Positions 1 to 10,666 are shown, numbered from the stretch's first letter. The stretch is 64,000 nt of DNA from Desulfomicrobium sp. (GCA_040768745.1 JAXGMI010000001.1:416001-480000), one strand, 5' to 3'. Numbers and translations are program-made. Notes: generated by a model not told the origin, from the sequence alone.

Positions 1-654
1 CAAACCCGTTTTGGTCAACCCCTTTTCTTCGGAGTACAGGTAGTTCCAGTTGGCGTCATCGCCGACCACGCAGCCCTTGCGGCCCACATCGGACGGCTCG
101 GACTGACAGGACACGGAAATCAGAACTTGTCCAGTGGGTCCGGGAAAGACCGCCATGGCTCGATTCTGTTTGTATGCGTAATAGCCGCCAGTGTTGGCGT
201 CCGGAGTGATGACCTCTCGTTCCGTGCCCCGGATCAAAGCCGTCCCCCTCTGTCCTATGGACTGGGCCAATTTTTTCAATTCCATGTCCATGGAGCGATC
301 CAGCCATTCCTGTTCGCGCACCGATGAGGGCATGGTCACATAGATCGGAATGTCCGGATTGTAGACGTACTCGGTGAGCCGGGCCAGAGTTCCTCGCAGG
401 GTGAAGGAGTAAAATGCGCCGGTGGCCTTGTTCCGGTCCTGCATGGCCATGCTCGTGTCCGCGGCCGTGGATCGCACGAAATCAACGATGCCGGAAACCT
501 GGTCCCGGGCGAAATCCTTTTTCGTCACCGGCACAGACAGGATGTATTCCAGCCCTGGGTAGAGGGCGTCAGGAACGGACTGCTGGGCCAGGGAACGGCC
601 AGGTATGGTCAGACAGAGTGTCACCAACATCCAGAGAAAAGGGCGAAAAAGCAT
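1..654 (-). CDS. Exported conserved hypothetical protein, partial (runs off the window start)
   Basis: Not in the ORF track; read manually. ATG at 654 after GGAAGG; open frame to position 1 (MLFRPFLWMLVTLCLTIPGRSLAQ...SDVGRKGCVVGDDANWNYLYSEEKGLTKTGL) with a signal-peptide-like N-terminus. Confidence 0.75.
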   Translation of the reverse strand, partial: MLFRPFLWMLVTLCLTIPGRSLAQQSVPDALYPGLEYILSVPVTKKDFARDQVSGIVDFVRSTAADTSMAMQDRNKATGAFYSFTLRGTLARLTEYVYNPDIPIYVTMPSSVREQEWLDRSMDMELKKLAQSIGQRGTALIRGTEREVITPDANTGGYYAYKQNRAMAVFPGPTGQVLISVSCQSEPSDVGRKGCVVGDDANWNYLYSEEKGLTKTGL

Positions 655-840
655 AGTATCCTTCCCGTTGGGAGTTCACCGCCGCAGCGGTCAAAAGTTG
701 TGGTGTTGCGGAAAATCAGACCCTTTTTTTCCTTTCTCACACCATGGCCTTGGATTCAAGGGCCGGATGGAGGCCCAAACGGCGGCAGCTCCCATATCTC
801 CCCTGTCCTGGACGAAGACGCGGACCTGGGCTATACAGGA

Positions 841-1989
841 ATGCGTCGCAACCAACCCGATGCCATGACAGATTCGCCCACCCTCACCGTTGACCTCCGG
901 TCTGATTCCTTGGGTCTGGCCTTGCGCGGGGCTCTGAACCTGCACACCACCCCGGCAATCCTGAACCGGCTGGCCAAACTTCCCCTGCCCCTGCCCGGCC
1001 GCATCAGCGTGGACATGGGCGGAGTGGAACGCATGGATGACTGCGGGGCCCTGGTCATGATCCGCCTCCAAAGAATGGCCAGGGAGCACGACAGCGCGAT
1101 CACTTGGCAGAACATCCCCGAACATGTTCAGGAAGTGGCGCGTTTTTTGCGCCTCGAAAGCCTGCCGGAAACCACCCGGTCCACGAAGACAAAACCCGGT
1201 TTTCTGGCCCGCTTCGGGATGAAGACCCTTCATGTCACAGACCAGGCGGGCAACCATGTGGCCTTTGTGGGCGAACTCACCGTCGGCCTCTTCTCGCTGT
1301 TCAGGCATCCCGGACGTCTCCGTCTGGGCGACACGATCACATACATGCAACGGGTTGGCGTGGACGCCCTGCCTATCGTTGGGCTGATCAGCTTCCTGCT
1401 GGGTCTGATCATGGCCTTCATGTCCGCGGTGCAGCTGCAGCAGTTCGGGGCCAACATCTACGTGGCCTCCCTGGTGGCGCTGGCCATGGTCCGCGAACTG
1501 GGACCGATCATGACGGCCATTATCGTGGCTGGCCGGTCCGGGTCGGCCTTTGCCGCTGAAATCGGAACCATGAAGGTCTCAGAGGAAGTGGACGCCCTCA
1601 TCACCATGGGCTTTCAGCCGACCATGTTCCTGGTGGCCCCCAAGGTCATCGCCTCCTTTCTGGTGGTACCCCTGCTGGCCCTCTATTCCAACCTTTTCGC
1701 CATTGCAGGCGGGCTGCTGATCGGAGTGACCACCCTGAACCTGACCCCCCATGCCTACATGCTGCAGACCATGAACACCCTGACCATCTTCGACGTGAAC
1801 TGGGGAATCTTCAAGAGCGCCATCTTCGCCGTGCTCATTGCCGCCATCGGCTGTTTCAAGGGCTACCAGGTCCGTGGCGGGGCGGCCAGCGTGGGCCAGG
1901 CGACCACCTCTGCGGTGGTCACGAGCATGTTCATGATCATCCTGGTGGACTCAATCCTGGCCGTCATCCTGAGGTACTGGAGGCCATGA
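841..1989 (+). CDS. mlaE: MlaE-family ABC permease with N-terminal STAS domain
   Basis: STAS-like segment (DMGGVERMDDCG) and MlaE motifs RELGPIMTAIIVAGRSGSAFAAEIGTMKVSEEVDAL and VGQATTSAVV. Start is 841 or 865. Confidence 0.9.
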   Translation: MRRNQPDAMTDSPTLTVDLRSDSLGLALRGALNLHTTPAILNRLAKLPLPLPGRISVDMGGVERMDDCGALVMIRLQRMAREHDSAITWQNIPEHVQEVARFLRLESLPETTRSTKTKPGFLARFGMKTLHVTDQAGNHVAFVGELTVGLFSLFRHPGRLRLGDTITYMQRVGVDALPIVGLISFLLGLIMAFMSAVQLQQFGANIYVASLVALAMVRELGPIMTAIIVAGRSGSAFAAEIGTMKVSEEVDALITMGFQPTMFLVAPKVIASFLVVPLLALYSNLFAIAGGLLIGVTTLNLTPHAYMLQTMNTLTIFDVNWGIFKSAIFAVLIAAIGCFKGYQVRGGAASVGQATTSAVVTSMFMIILVDSILAVILRYWRP

Positions 1990-2744
1990 CCAGTCCGGTC
2001 ATTTCCGTACGGGGTCTGACCATGGGATTCGGCGGACAGACTCTGATGGAGAATCTCGATTTCGACATCCTGGGTGGGGAAATTTTCGTCATCCTGGGTG
2101 GAAGCGGCTGCGGTAAATCCACCCTGCTCAAGCATCTGGTCGGCCTGCACAAGCCCATGTCCGGATCCATCACCATCGCCGGAATGCGCATGGACCCTGG
2201 CGATACCGAGACCTTCCATCGCATCCTGGCCTGCATAGGAGTCATGTATCAGGGAGGGGCACTCTTCTCCTCCATGACCTTAGGCGAAAATGTGGCACTG
2301 CCCATCGCCGAGTATTCCGATCTGGACCAAGGGGACATCGCCGACCTTGTCCGGCTGAAGCTGCGTCAGGTCGGCCTGGAAGGATTTGAACACCATCTGC
2401 CCGAGGAACTGTCCGGAGGGATGAAAAAACGGGCGGCCATCGCCAGGGCGCTGGCTCTCAACCCCGGCATACTTTTTCTGGACGAACCTTCGGCCGGCCT
2501 GGATCCCATCAGTTCGGCCGAACTGGATGCCCTGATCCTACGCCTGAACCGCACCCTGGGCGCCACCTTCGTGGTCGTCACCCACGAATTGTCTTCCATC
2601 TTCACCATTGCAGGCCGGGTCATCATGCTCGATAAGAAATCCAAGTCCATCATCGCCGAAGGCGACCCCCGAGTCCTGCGGGACACAAGTCCGCATCCCT
2701 TCGTCCGCCAATTCTTCAATCGACGGCCGGAAATGGAGGCATAA
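1986..2744 (+). CDS. mlaF: MlaF-family ABC ATPase
   Basis: Walker A GGSGCGKS, signature LSGGMKKR, Walker B LFLDEP; overlaps the mlaE stop. Confidence 0.92.
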   Translation: MTSPVISVRGLTMGFGGQTLMENLDFDILGGEIFVILGGSGCGKSTLLKHLVGLHKPMSGSITIAGMRMDPGDTETFHRILACIGVMYQGGALFSSMTLGENVALPIAEYSDLDQGDIADLVRLKLRQVGLEGFEHHLPEELSGGMKKRAAIARALALNPGILFLDEPSAGLDPISSAELDALILRLNRTLGATFVVVTHELSSIFTIAGRVIMLDKKSKSIIAEGDPRVLRDTSPHPFVRQFFNRRPEMEA

Positions 2745-3757
2745 TGGCTTCGGCTCGCGTCAATTTCACTGTGGGGCTGTTCATGACCGCCGGGCTGGCC
2801 CTGGCCACCGTGGCCATTATCTGGCTGGGCATGACGTCCTTCCTGCGCAAGGGCGAGATGTTCGTAACCTATTTCGACGAATCCGTGCAGGGCCTGGGCG
2901 TTGACTCCCCGGTCAAGTACCGGGGTGTGCCCGTGGGCCGGGTTACGGACATACGCATCGCCCCTGACTATCATCTCATTGAAGTGGTCATCCTGGTCGA
3001 TGACGAACACACCGGGGTTGAAAACCGCTTTGCGGGGAGCGTGGCCAGCCTGGCCAACGTGGGTATCACCGGGGCCATGTTCGTGGAAATCGACAAGGCC
3101 AAACCCAGCACATTGGACTTGGCACCGCCCCTGAGTTTTACTCCGGAATATCCGGTCATCCCTTCCAAACCGTCGGAGATCAAAAAATTCTTTTCCGAGA
3201 TCGAACAAATTGCCAGGAAGATTCAGTCCATCGATTTCAAAGGCATCTCGGACCAGGCCCTGGCCACGTTCGGGTCCCTCAACGCCGGCATCGAATCCGC
3301 CCAGATCGGGGCCATTGCGTCTGACATCCGCACCTTGCTGGCCAGCCTCAATGCCGTGGCCGATCCCACTCGCCTGAATGCCATGGCCCAGAACATGGAT
3401 CGCACCGTCCTCGCCTCCCGAACGTTGATGGAAAGGGCTGCGACTGACCTGAGCCGCCTGGATGAAATTCTGGGTCAAATTCAGGGCATAGTGAATGCCA
3501 GCCGGCCACACATAGAAAACACCCTGGGATCCATGGCCTCCACGACCCTCAAGGCTGACGCATTCATGACCCAGAGCACGGCCACGGTGTTTCAGATGCA
3601 GTCCTCCATCAAGGAGTTGCAGGATCGCATGACCACCACAGCTGACAATCTCGAACAGACCTCCGCCAACCTGAACGCGCTCCTCAACAACCTGAAGGAC
3701 CAGCCGTCCCAGCTTCTCTTTGCCCAGCCCAAGAAGCCGCGACAGGTGGAGGAATAG
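2744..3757 (+). CDS. mlaD: MlaD/MCE-domain protein with helical C-terminus
   Basis: N-terminal TM helix, MCE motif FDESVQGLGVDSPVKYRGVPVGRV, coiled-coil tail ending QPSQLLF. Confidence 0.88.
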   Translation: MASARVNFTVGLFMTAGLALATVAIIWLGMTSFLRKGEMFVTYFDESVQGLGVDSPVKYRGVPVGRVTDIRIAPDYHLIEVVILVDDEHTGVENRFAGSVASLANVGITGAMFVEIDKAKPSTLDLAPPLSFTPEYPVIPSKPSEIKKFFSEIEQIARKIQSIDFKGISDQALATFGSLNAGIESAQIGAIASDIRTLLASLNAVADPTRLNAMAQNMDRTVLASRTLMERAATDLSRLDEILGQIQGIVNASRPHIENTLGSMASTTLKADAFMTQSTATVFQMQSSIKELQDRMTTTADNLEQTSANLNALLNNLKDQPSQLLFAQPKKPRQVEE

Positions 3758-3766
3758 GGAACGAAC

Positions 3767-4378
3767 ATGGTCATCCGCCTTCTCGCATCGTGTCTTCTGG
3801 TCCTGACCCTGGCGGGTTGCGCTGCAACCCGTCCGTCCTCCCCGGACACCCGCTTCTACACCCTGGAATACGATCCCCCCCTCGTGGACGGCCAGCCCTG
3901 CAGCGCCGTCATCCAGATGACCCGCTTCGGCGTGGCCCCGGAATTCAACACCACGAAACTCGTCTACCGCGACCTGGCCTTCGGCCGCCAGGAATACGCC
4001 TACCATCAGTGGCGGGGCACGCCCCAGGCCCTGGTGGCGGATTATCTGCGCCGGGACATGCAGAAAAGCGGACTCTTCATGGCGGTCGCGGGCCCGAATT
4101 CATCCATGCCGGCCACACACCAGCTGGAGGGCGTTGTGGAGGAATGGATGGAACTGGACCAGGCGGAGCGATGGCTGGCCTCGGCAGAACTGACCATCAT
4201 CCTTCTGGACGTTCGCACAGGGGGGATACCGGACCTGGTCATATTTCAACGGACCTACAAAACGTCGGAACCGTGTGCCAAAAAAAATCCCGCCTCAGTG
4301 GCCGAAGCCATGAGCCGGGTTATGCGGAACCTGTCACAAAGGATCGTCACCGACGTGCACGCTGCCGTGCGGAACTAG
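3767..4378 (+). CDS. ABC-type transport auxiliary lipoprotein (PqiC-like)
   Basis: Lipobox LAGC, FYTL, YAYHQW motif; last gene of the MCE operon. Confidence 0.8.
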   Translation: MVIRLLASCLLVLTLAGCAATRPSSPDTRFYTLEYDPPLVDGQPCSAVIQMTRFGVAPEFNTTKLVYRDLAFGRQEYAYHQWRGTPQALVADYLRRDMQKSGLFMAVAGPNSSMPATHQLEGVVEEWMELDQAERWLASAELTIILLDVRTGGIPDLVIFQRTYKTSEPCAKKNPASVAEAMSRVMRNLSQRIVTDVHAAVRN

Positions 4379-4396
4379 GAGAGTACCCTCCGCCTT

Positions 4397-5296
4397 CTAG
4401 GGTTTTCCGTCGGTGGTCAGTCCATTGAAGGACGCAATGATCTCCCAGGCCTGCTCGGCCGTGCTGACGTACTGGAAGATGTCCAGGTCCTCCGGGTTGA
4501 TGGTCCCCTCCTCCACCAATGCATCAAAATTGATCACTTTTTGCCAGAAACGCCGGCCAAAGAGCAGGACCGGAATGGGCCGCACTTTGCTGGTTTGAAT
4601 GAGGGTCAGGGCCTCGAAGAGTTCGTCCATGGTCCCGAACCCTCCCGGAAAGGCCACCAGGGCCTTGGCCCGCATCAGCAGATGCATCTTTCGGATGGCG
4701 AAATAATGGAACTGAAAGCTCAGTTCCGGGGTGATATAGGGATTGGGCTCCTGCTCGAAAGGCAGGACAATGTTCATGCCGATGCTTTTGGCCCCCACGT
4801 CGTGGGCGCCCTGGTTGGCCGCACCCATGATCCCGAACCCGCCGCCGGTCATGACCACGTGCCTGTACCGTTCTGAATTCTCGGAAATGAGCCGGCCGAG
4901 TTTGCGCGCTTCCGTATAGTAGCGGCTGTTGGCCACGATCGTGCGGGCGCGGACCAGCTCCTGGTGCAGAACCGGGTCCTCCGGGTTTTTCTTCAACCCA
5001 TCCAGCACCTTTTCCATGCGCACATTGGCCGTTTCAGGATCAACCATGCGGGCACTGCCGAAAATGACCACCGTGGATTCGATCTGCTGCTCCTGCAGGG
5101 CCAGCTCGGGCTTCAGAAGTTCCAGCTGCAGCCGCACCGGCCGGAGCTCCTCCCGCAACAGGAAATCCTGGTCCTGGAAGGCCAGGCGATAGGATGGGGA
5201 ATTGCACTGCGCCGTATTGACGTGCCTCTGGGCGGCCACGGCATCCTCGTTGGCCGAAGGGAACATTCCGAAACGACGGGAAAGTTTGGTTTTCAT
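4397..5296 (-). CDS. LOG family (TIGR00730) Rossmann-fold protein
   Basis: VIFGSAR, TGGGFGIMGAANQGA and PGGFGTMDELFE motifs; ATG at 5296 after GGAAGG. Confidence 0.9.
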   Translation of the reverse strand: MKTKLSRRFGMFPSANEDAVAAQRHVNTAQCNSPSYRLAFQDQDFLLREELRPVRLQLELLKPELALQEQQIESTVVIFGSARMVDPETANVRMEKVLDGLKKNPEDPVLHQELVRARTIVANSRYYTEARKLGRLISENSERYRHVVMTGGGFGIMGAANQGAHDVGAKSIGMNIVLPFEQEPNPYITPELSFQFHYFAIRKMHLLMRAKALVAFPGGFGTMDELFEALTLIQTSKVRPIPVLLFGRRFWQKVINFDALVEEGTINPEDLDIFQYVSTAEQAWEIIASFNGLTTDGKP

Positions 5297-5439
5297 TGTC
5301 CTTCCTTGATTAAATGAAGCTCCCTGGCGATCTTTTCTGACATGCACGGGCGCCATGTGCACCGACCGCCCTCCAAAGACAAGCGGCCCTCACGGGCCGC
5401 CAAATCCAAATCATCACTCTCCGGCTGAGGCTGCAAGGC

Positions 5440-5751
5440 TCAATCCACGATTTTTTCCAGCCAATCCAGCGCCGCTGCGACCGTAGGGAAACCGATGGTG
5501 GCAGTCAAGACAATGACCGCATGCCGGACCTCTTCGGGGGTGGCTCCGGCCTGCAAGGCTCGCCGGGCATGGCTGCGCACGGCGCCCTCCGATCTGAGCG
5601 CCACCGACGCACCCAGCTGGATGAGCTGGATATCCTTGTCCTTCAAAGGCCCGGCCCCTTGCGCAGTCTTGCCCAATGTCTCGGCCGCGCCAATCAGATC
5701 CGGATACATCCCCTGCAGTTTCTGATAATGTTTGGGTTTACCCGTGCTCAT
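5440..5751 (-). CDS. Carboxymuconolactone decarboxylase (AhpD-like) family protein
   Basis: AGPLKDKDIQLIQL...VRSHARRALQAGATPEEVRHA...GFP pattern; GGAGGA RBS. Confidence 0.8.
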   Translation of the reverse strand: MSTGKPKHYQKLQGMYPDLIGAAETLGKTAQGAGPLKDKDIQLIQLGASVALRSEGAVRSHARRALQAGATPEEVRHAVIVLTATIGFPTVAAALDWLEKIVD

Positions 5752-5848
5752 GCGTTCCTCCAGTTCGTGAAATGGTTCGGGTCGTTCATTGACGCGACCA
5801 TAAATCAATCATAGTGGCAACTGGTCCTGAAAAACAAGGAGTTTTGCC

Positions 5849-6211
5849 ATGAAAATCGCCATCCCCACTGCCGGCGGCCATGTGGACGAACATTTCGGTC
5901 ACGCCCGGACCTTCACCATTTTCACCTTGAGCAATTCCGGAGAAGTTCTGGAAGAGGAGACATTCTACCCCCCATCGGGCTGTGGATGCCAGTCCACTGT
6001 GGGAGTGACCATGCAGGCCAAGGGCGTGAGCCTGATGCTGGCAGGCAACATCGGCCAGGGCGCCATCACCAAGATGGCCGGGCACGGCATCAGTGTGATC
6101 CGGGGATGCGCGGGAGAGATCCGCGACGTCCTGACCCGTTGGCAGCGCGGAGAGATCACGGACCAGGACATCCTCTGCACCCATGACGGCTGCGGCCACC
6201 AGGGAAATTGA
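5849..6211 (+). CDS. NifB/NifX family (Nitro_FeMo-Co) metal-cluster-binding protein
   Basis: MKIAIP...VDEHFGHA...GNIGQGA motifs, Cys/His-rich tail. Confidence 0.85.
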   Translation: MKIAIPTAGGHVDEHFGHARTFTIFTLSNSGEVLEEETFYPPSGCGCQSTVGVTMQAKGVSLMLAGNIGQGAITKMAGHGISVIRGCAGEIRDVLTRWQRGEITDQDILCTHDGCGHQGN

Positions 6212-6212
6212 C

Positions 6213-6683
6213 ATGGAATGCCCTTGCCGCTCCGGACGTCTTTTCGCGGACTGCTGCGGCCCCATCATCACCGGAAAGACCGCGGCCCCGACGCCCGAAG
6301 CCCTGATGCGCTCGCGCTTCACGGCCTTCAGCCGCGACGAGATGGACCACCTGCGCGAGTCCATGGTCGAGGAGCACCGCAGCGAGTTCCACGCCGACGA
6401 CGTGCGGCGCTGGAACCGGGAGACGGCTTGGCTGAACCTGGAGATCCTGGAGACGGCAGTGGACGGCGACGAGGGCATGGTCCGCTTCCGGGCGACGTTC
6501 CGCCACAAGGGCGGCACCCAGAGCCTGACGGAGCGCAGCCGCTTCGTGCGCCGTGAAGGCCGCTGGTACTATCTGGACGGGGAGCACGAGACCGCGACTG
6601 TCCGCAACGAACATCCCAAAGCCGGCCGGAACGATCCCTGCCCCTGCGGCAGCGGAAAAAAATTCAAGAAGTGTTGCGGGTAG
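6213..6683 (+). CDS. ychJ: YchJ family SEC-C metal-binding protein
   Basis: N-terminal CPCRSG...[16 protein letters not shown]...WYYLDG, C-terminal [18 protein letters not shown]. Confidence 0.88.
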   Translation: MECPCRSGRLFADCCGPIITGKTAAPTPEALMRSRFTAFSRDEMDHLRESMVEEHRSEFHADDVRRWNRETAWLNLEILETAVDGDEGMVRFRATFRHKGGTQSLTERSRFVRREGRWYYLDGEHETATVRNEHPKAGRNDPCPCGSGKKFKKCCG

Positions 6684-6688
6684 AGTAT

Positions 6689-7954
6689 ATGTCTGTCATT
6701 TTTTCCATCGTCCTCGTCTTCGCCGTGATGCTTGCGGGCATTCGGCTGAAGCTGGGCCTTGGCCTGTCTATCCTGGCGGGCAGTCTGGTCCTGGCCCTGC
6801 TTTTCGGCATGACGCCGGCGGCCTGGATCAAGGCCATACCCAAGGCCCTGCTGACCGAGGAGGCCTTCGTGCTCTGCGCCATCATCGCCGTCATCCTGGT
6901 CTTCAGCGCCCTGTACTCGGCCTCGGGGCAGTCGGCACGGTTCATGAGCGCCATCCGCGGACGTATACGCTCCCGGTCCCTGCTGCTGGTCTTTTTCCCG
7001 GCCCTCATCGGCCTGCTGCCCATGCCCGGCGGCGCCATCTTCTCGGCGCCCATGGTGCAGAAGGCCGCCGAAGAACTCGACGTCTCGCCCCGGGACCAGA
7101 CCCTCATCAACTACTGGTTCCGCCATATCTGGGAATTGGCCTGGCCCCTCTACCCCGGCCTCATCCTGGCCTCCTCCCTGGCGGCCATACCCGTCACGGG
7201 GCTCATCGCCCTCATGTGGCCCGGGCCTTTTGTCAGCATTTCCCTTGGCTGGCTCCTCATCCTGCGGCCGGCCCTGAAGCACGCCCCTCGCCTGCCAGCT
7301 GCAACGGAGCAGAACGGCGGCGACAGCGGATGGAGCGGTGGCATCCCCCTGCTGACGGCCATTCTCGGATCCATCGCCGGCGAATGGATCTGCGCCCGGC
7401 TCTGGCCTGGCAGACCCATGGAGTACGGCGTCATCGCCGCCCTGATCCTGGCCTCCCTGGCAAGCCTGGCCATGGCCCGGGCCAGATGGACCGAGGTCCT
7501 GCGCGAGGCGGGCAAGGACAACACCCTGTCCCTGCTGGCCGTGGTCGGGGGCATCTTCGTCTTCAAGGAAGTCCTGCACCAGGGGCACGTCGTGGAAGCC
7601 CTGGCCCGGATCATCGGGGGCGGCAACGCCGTGTTCATCATGGCCTCCACCCTGCCCTTCCTGGTGGGCTTCGTGTCCGGTCTGACCATCGCCTTTGTCG
7701 GCGCGACCTTCCCCCTGCTTTTCGGCCTGGCCCAATCCACGGGACAGGAGCATCTTGTCCCGGCCATTCTCAGCCTGGGTTTCTATTCCGGCCTGGCGGG
7801 CATCATGGCTTCACCCATGCACATCTGCTACCTGATGACCTGCAACTTCTTCCACCAGGACCCGGGCAAGCTGCTGCCACGCATCATCATCCCTGGCCTG
7901 CTGCTCATCCCGGCCGGCATGGTCGTGACCTTCCTGAACACCTTCTGGCGGTGA
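6689..7954 (+). CDS. DUF401-family multi-pass membrane protein (putative transporter)
   Basis: Many TM segments; GLLPMPGGAIFSAP, NYWFRHIWE..WPLYP and SPMHIC motifs. Confidence 0.75.
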   Translation: MSVIFSIVLVFAVMLAGIRLKLGLGLSILAGSLVLALLFGMTPAAWIKAIPKALLTEEAFVLCAIIAVILVFSALYSASGQSARFMSAIRGRIRSRSLLLVFFPALIGLLPMPGGAIFSAPMVQKAAEELDVSPRDQTLINYWFRHIWELAWPLYPGLILASSLAAIPVTGLIALMWPGPFVSISLGWLLILRPALKHAPRLPAATEQNGGDSGWSGGIPLLTAILGSIAGEWICARLWPGRPMEYGVIAALILASLASLAMARARWTEVLREAGKDNTLSLLAVVGGIFVFKEVLHQGHVVEALARIIGGGNAVFIMASTLPFLVGFVSGLTIAFVGATFPLLFGLAQSTGQEHLVPAILSLGFYSGLAGIMASPMHICYLMTCNFFHQDPGKLLPRIIIPGLLLIPAGMVVTFLNTFWR

Positions 7955-8256
7955 CCCCTGCCCTCCACCCTGCGGAAAACTTGATCTGGCATCCCCCCGC
8001 ATCCGCGCGCCTGCACAAGAATCGGGATCGCGGCTCCTGTCCGTTTCCGGTTATCGCCCATGACTTTTCGAGCCCGCCCCAAATGCCAGTGACCCCAATT
8101 GTCCGGGGTCTCCAGGACATTGCAGGACGCCGGGCGTTGTCCCGGCATCCGCTCCGGGGCATGTGCGTCTCAGATATCGAAGACAGGACTTTTCAAAATC
8201 GCTGGCATATGTTTTATTCTTAAAAGCACAACATCAACATCCACAAGGAGAACAAT

Positions 8257-8862
8257 ATGTACGCAGTCGCAGTCAACGGCAGCCCGCGCAAGGGCGGCAA
8301 CACGGAGATCCTTTTGAAGCGCGTCCTCGCACCTCTGACTGAGGCCGGCTGGGAAACGGAGCTGGTGCAGGTCGGCGGACAGAAGATCCGCGGATGCCAG
8401 GCCTGCTACAAATGCTTCGAAAACAAGGACGGGCAGTGCTCCATGAAGAACGACGTGTTCAATCCGATCATGGAAAAACTGCTCAAGGCCGACGCCATGA
8501 TCTTCGGCTCCCCGACCTACTTCACCGACGTCTCGGCCGAGATGAAGGCGCTCCTGGACCGCTCCGGCCTCGTGGCCATCGCCAACGGCCGCGCCTTCAA
8601 GGGCAAGATCGGTGCGGCCGTGGTGGCCGTGCGCCGGGGCGGGGCGACCCACGTCTTCGACACCATCAACCACATGTTTCTCATGAACCAGGTCATTGTC
8701 CCCGGTTCGGTCTACTGGAACCTGGCCTACGGCCGGAACAAGGGCGAGGTCGAGGGGGACGCCGAAGGTATGGGCAACATGAAAAACCTCGGCCAGATCA
8801 TCGCCTGGCTGGGCGCGGCCATCAAGCCACACCTGGCGAAGTTCCCCGCCCCGGAAGCCTGA
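8257..8862 (+). CDS. Flavodoxin family / iron-sulfur flavoprotein (NADPH-dependent FMN reductase)
   Basis: NGSPRKGGNT, Cys motif CQACYKC...C, GSPTYF, RRGG; AAGGAG RBS. Confidence 0.88.
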   Translation: MYAVAVNGSPRKGGNTEILLKRVLAPLTEAGWETELVQVGGQKIRGCQACYKCFENKDGQCSMKNDVFNPIMEKLLKADAMIFGSPTYFTDVSAEMKALLDRSGLVAIANGRAFKGKIGAAVVAVRRGGATHVFDTINHMFLMNQVIVPGSVYWNLAYGRNKGEVEGDAEGMGNMKNLGQIIAWLGAAIKPHLAKFPAPEA

Positions 8863-8881
8863 GCGAATGAGGGAGGTTCAC

Positions 8882-9697
8882 ATGATCGATTTCCGCATCG
8901 ACAGTGAAAAATGCATCCAGTGCGGCGAGTGCGCGGCGGACTGCCCGGCCGGCATCATCTTCATGAACGACCTTCCGGTGATGTCCGACGAGGGCCGCTG
9001 CTACCGCTGCCTGCACTGCTACTCGGTCTGTCCAGTTGGGGCCGTGTCCATCCTCGGCCTGACGCCGGAAGGGGGCGAGCCTGCCAGGGACCTACCGTCC
9101 CCGGCGCAGATGAAGGATCTGATCACCTGGCGGCGGTCCGTGCGGCGCTACAGGGACGAGAACGTCCCTGCGGCCCTCATCGACGAGCTCGTCGAAACGG
9201 CGTGCCATGCGCCGACCGGGGTCAACGCCCAGGGCGTCGTGTTCACGGTGGTCCGGGACAAGGCCTTCATGGACACGCTGCGCCGCGAGACCCTAAAGCG
9301 TCTCGGATCGATGGTTGACGCCGGAAAACTGCCGGACGGACTGGTCGGCCAATACCTGGGCTTCGCCGTCCGCGCTTGGAGAACCGAAGGCCGGGACGCC
9401 ATCTTCCGGGGCGCGCCGCACATGCTGCTGACGAGCACATCCCCCGGCGTCCCTTGCCCGGTCCAGGACGTGCACATCGCCCTGGCCACTTTCGAGCTCC
9501 TGGCCAGCTCCCACTCCTTGGGCACTCTGTGGGACGGCATGTTCATGATGGCCCTGGCCGTCTGCCCCGAGTTGCGCGAAACCCTGCGCATCCCCGCGGA
9601 CCACGCCCTCGGCTACGCCCTCCTCTTCGGCAGGCCCGCCGTTCAGTACCATCGGCCCGTCAGACGGGGCCCGGCCAAGGTCAATATCCTCGAATAG
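8882..9697 (+). CDS. Nitroreductase family protein with N-terminal 2x[4Fe-4S] ferredoxin domain
   Basis: CIQCGECAADCP and CYRCLHCYSVCP; RRSVRRY and HAPTGVN nitroreductase motifs. Confidence 0.9.
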   Translation: MIDFRIDSEKCIQCGECAADCPAGIIFMNDLPVMSDEGRCYRCLHCYSVCPVGAVSILGLTPEGGEPARDLPSPAQMKDLITWRRSVRRYRDENVPAALIDELVETACHAPTGVNAQGVVFTVVRDKAFMDTLRRETLKRLGSMVDAGKLPDGLVGQYLGFAVRAWRTEGRDAIFRGAPHMLLTSTSPGVPCPVQDVHIALATFELLASSHSLGTLWDGMFMMALAVCPELRETLRIPADHALGYALLFGRPAVQYHRPVRRGPAKVNILE

Positions 9698-9703
9698 AAA
9701 TAA

Positions 9704-9741
9704 GACCGGAGCGCCTGCAGGCGCTCCGGTCCTTCCCTTTT
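9704..9741 (+). terminator. Intrinsic terminator-like hairpin after the nitroreductase
   Basis: Perfect palindrome GACCGGAGCGCC-TGCA-GGCGCTCCGGTC followed by CTTCCCTTTT. Confidence 0.6.
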
Positions 9742-9761
9742 GTACAGCGGAGAAATTCCCC

Positions 9762-10664
9762 ATGGACACCACCGGCATCATTCTGGCCATCCTCTCGGCC
9801 CTGTTCATGGGCACCATTGGTGTCTTCTCCAAGATCACGGGGCTGCCCGCCGAGACCGTCACCTTTTTCCGCCTTCTGCTGGGGGCCGGATTCCTGGGAC
9901 TTTTCCTGATGGCCACGCGGCAGGCCGCCCTGCTGCGGCGCTGGCCATCCTGGCCGGTGATCGCCAACGGCGGCCTGCTGGCCGGATTCATCATCTTCTA
10001 CGTGCAGGCCATGAACCTGACCTCCATGGCCAACGCCGTCATGCTCGTCTATCTGGCGCCGGTGGTCGCCTCGGTCTTCGCCCATTTCCGTCTGGGGGAA
10101 CGTTTGAACGCCACGGGCTGGCTCCTCATTGCCACGGCAGTGCTCGGTTTCGCGGCCATGATGGAATTCCGGCTGGATTTCGCCGGGGGCGGCAACCACG
10201 CCATGGGCCTGGGTTTCGCCGGATTGGCCATGATCTGCTACGCGGGGTTCATCCTGGTGAACCGGCGCATCCGTCCGGGTGTTCCGGTCATGACCAGGGC
10301 CTTCTACCAGCTCCTGGTCGGCGCGGGGGTCATGCTGCCGTTCTTTTTGGCCAACCGGCCCGAAATCTCTGCCAACAACGGACTGTGGCTCCTGGGCACG
10401 GGACTGGTCCCGGGCTTCCTGGCCATCACCTTCGCCGTCATGGCACTGAGCCGCCTGCCGGCCGCCACCTTCGGCACCCTGGCCTACTTCGAACCCCTGG
10501 CCGTGGTCTTCTTCGGCTGGACCATCTTCGGAGAAACCCTGTCCTCCCTGCAACTGGCCGGCTGCGCCGCCATCCTGGCCAGCGGCTGCGCCAAGGCCCT
10601 GATCGAACGCCATCCGCCTCGTGAGAGCAAATTCCAAAGGCAAGGGTCAGATCTTGAATCTTGA
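9762..10664 (+). CDS. DMT/EamA family transporter; last codons and stop lie inside inverted repeat A
   Basis: Ten-TM EamA duplication (FFRLLLG, YLAPV, LGERL, YFEPL, FGETL); C-terminal GSDLES* is encoded by the repeat. Confidence 0.88.
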   Translation: MDTTGIILAILSALFMGTIGVFSKITGLPAETVTFFRLLLGAGFLGLFLMATRQAALLRRWPSWPVIANGGLLAGFIIFYVQAMNLTSMANAVMLVYLAPVVASVFAHFRLGERLNATGWLLIATAVLGFAAMMEFRLDFAGGGNHAMGLGFAGLAMICYAGFILVNRRIRPGVPVMTRAFYQLLVGAGVMLPFFLANRPEISANNGLWLLGTGLVPGFLAITFAVMALSRLPAATFGTLAYFEPLAVVFFGWTIFGETLSSLQLAGCAAILASGCAKALIERHPPRESKFQRQGSDLES

Positions 10665-10666
10665 AT
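10644..10666 (+). repeat. Inverted-repeat end A (GGGTCAGATCTTGAATCTTGAAT)
   Basis: 23-bp sequence, reverse complement of 10898-10920 and the same core as 13610-13632. Confidence 0.95.

Noticed and set aside
7955..8256. Intergenic TGACCCC motifs (7952, 8090) and small hairpins as further element ends
   Set aside because: Only 7 bp match the repeat terminus and the AGATCTTGAA core is absent, so this could be chance.
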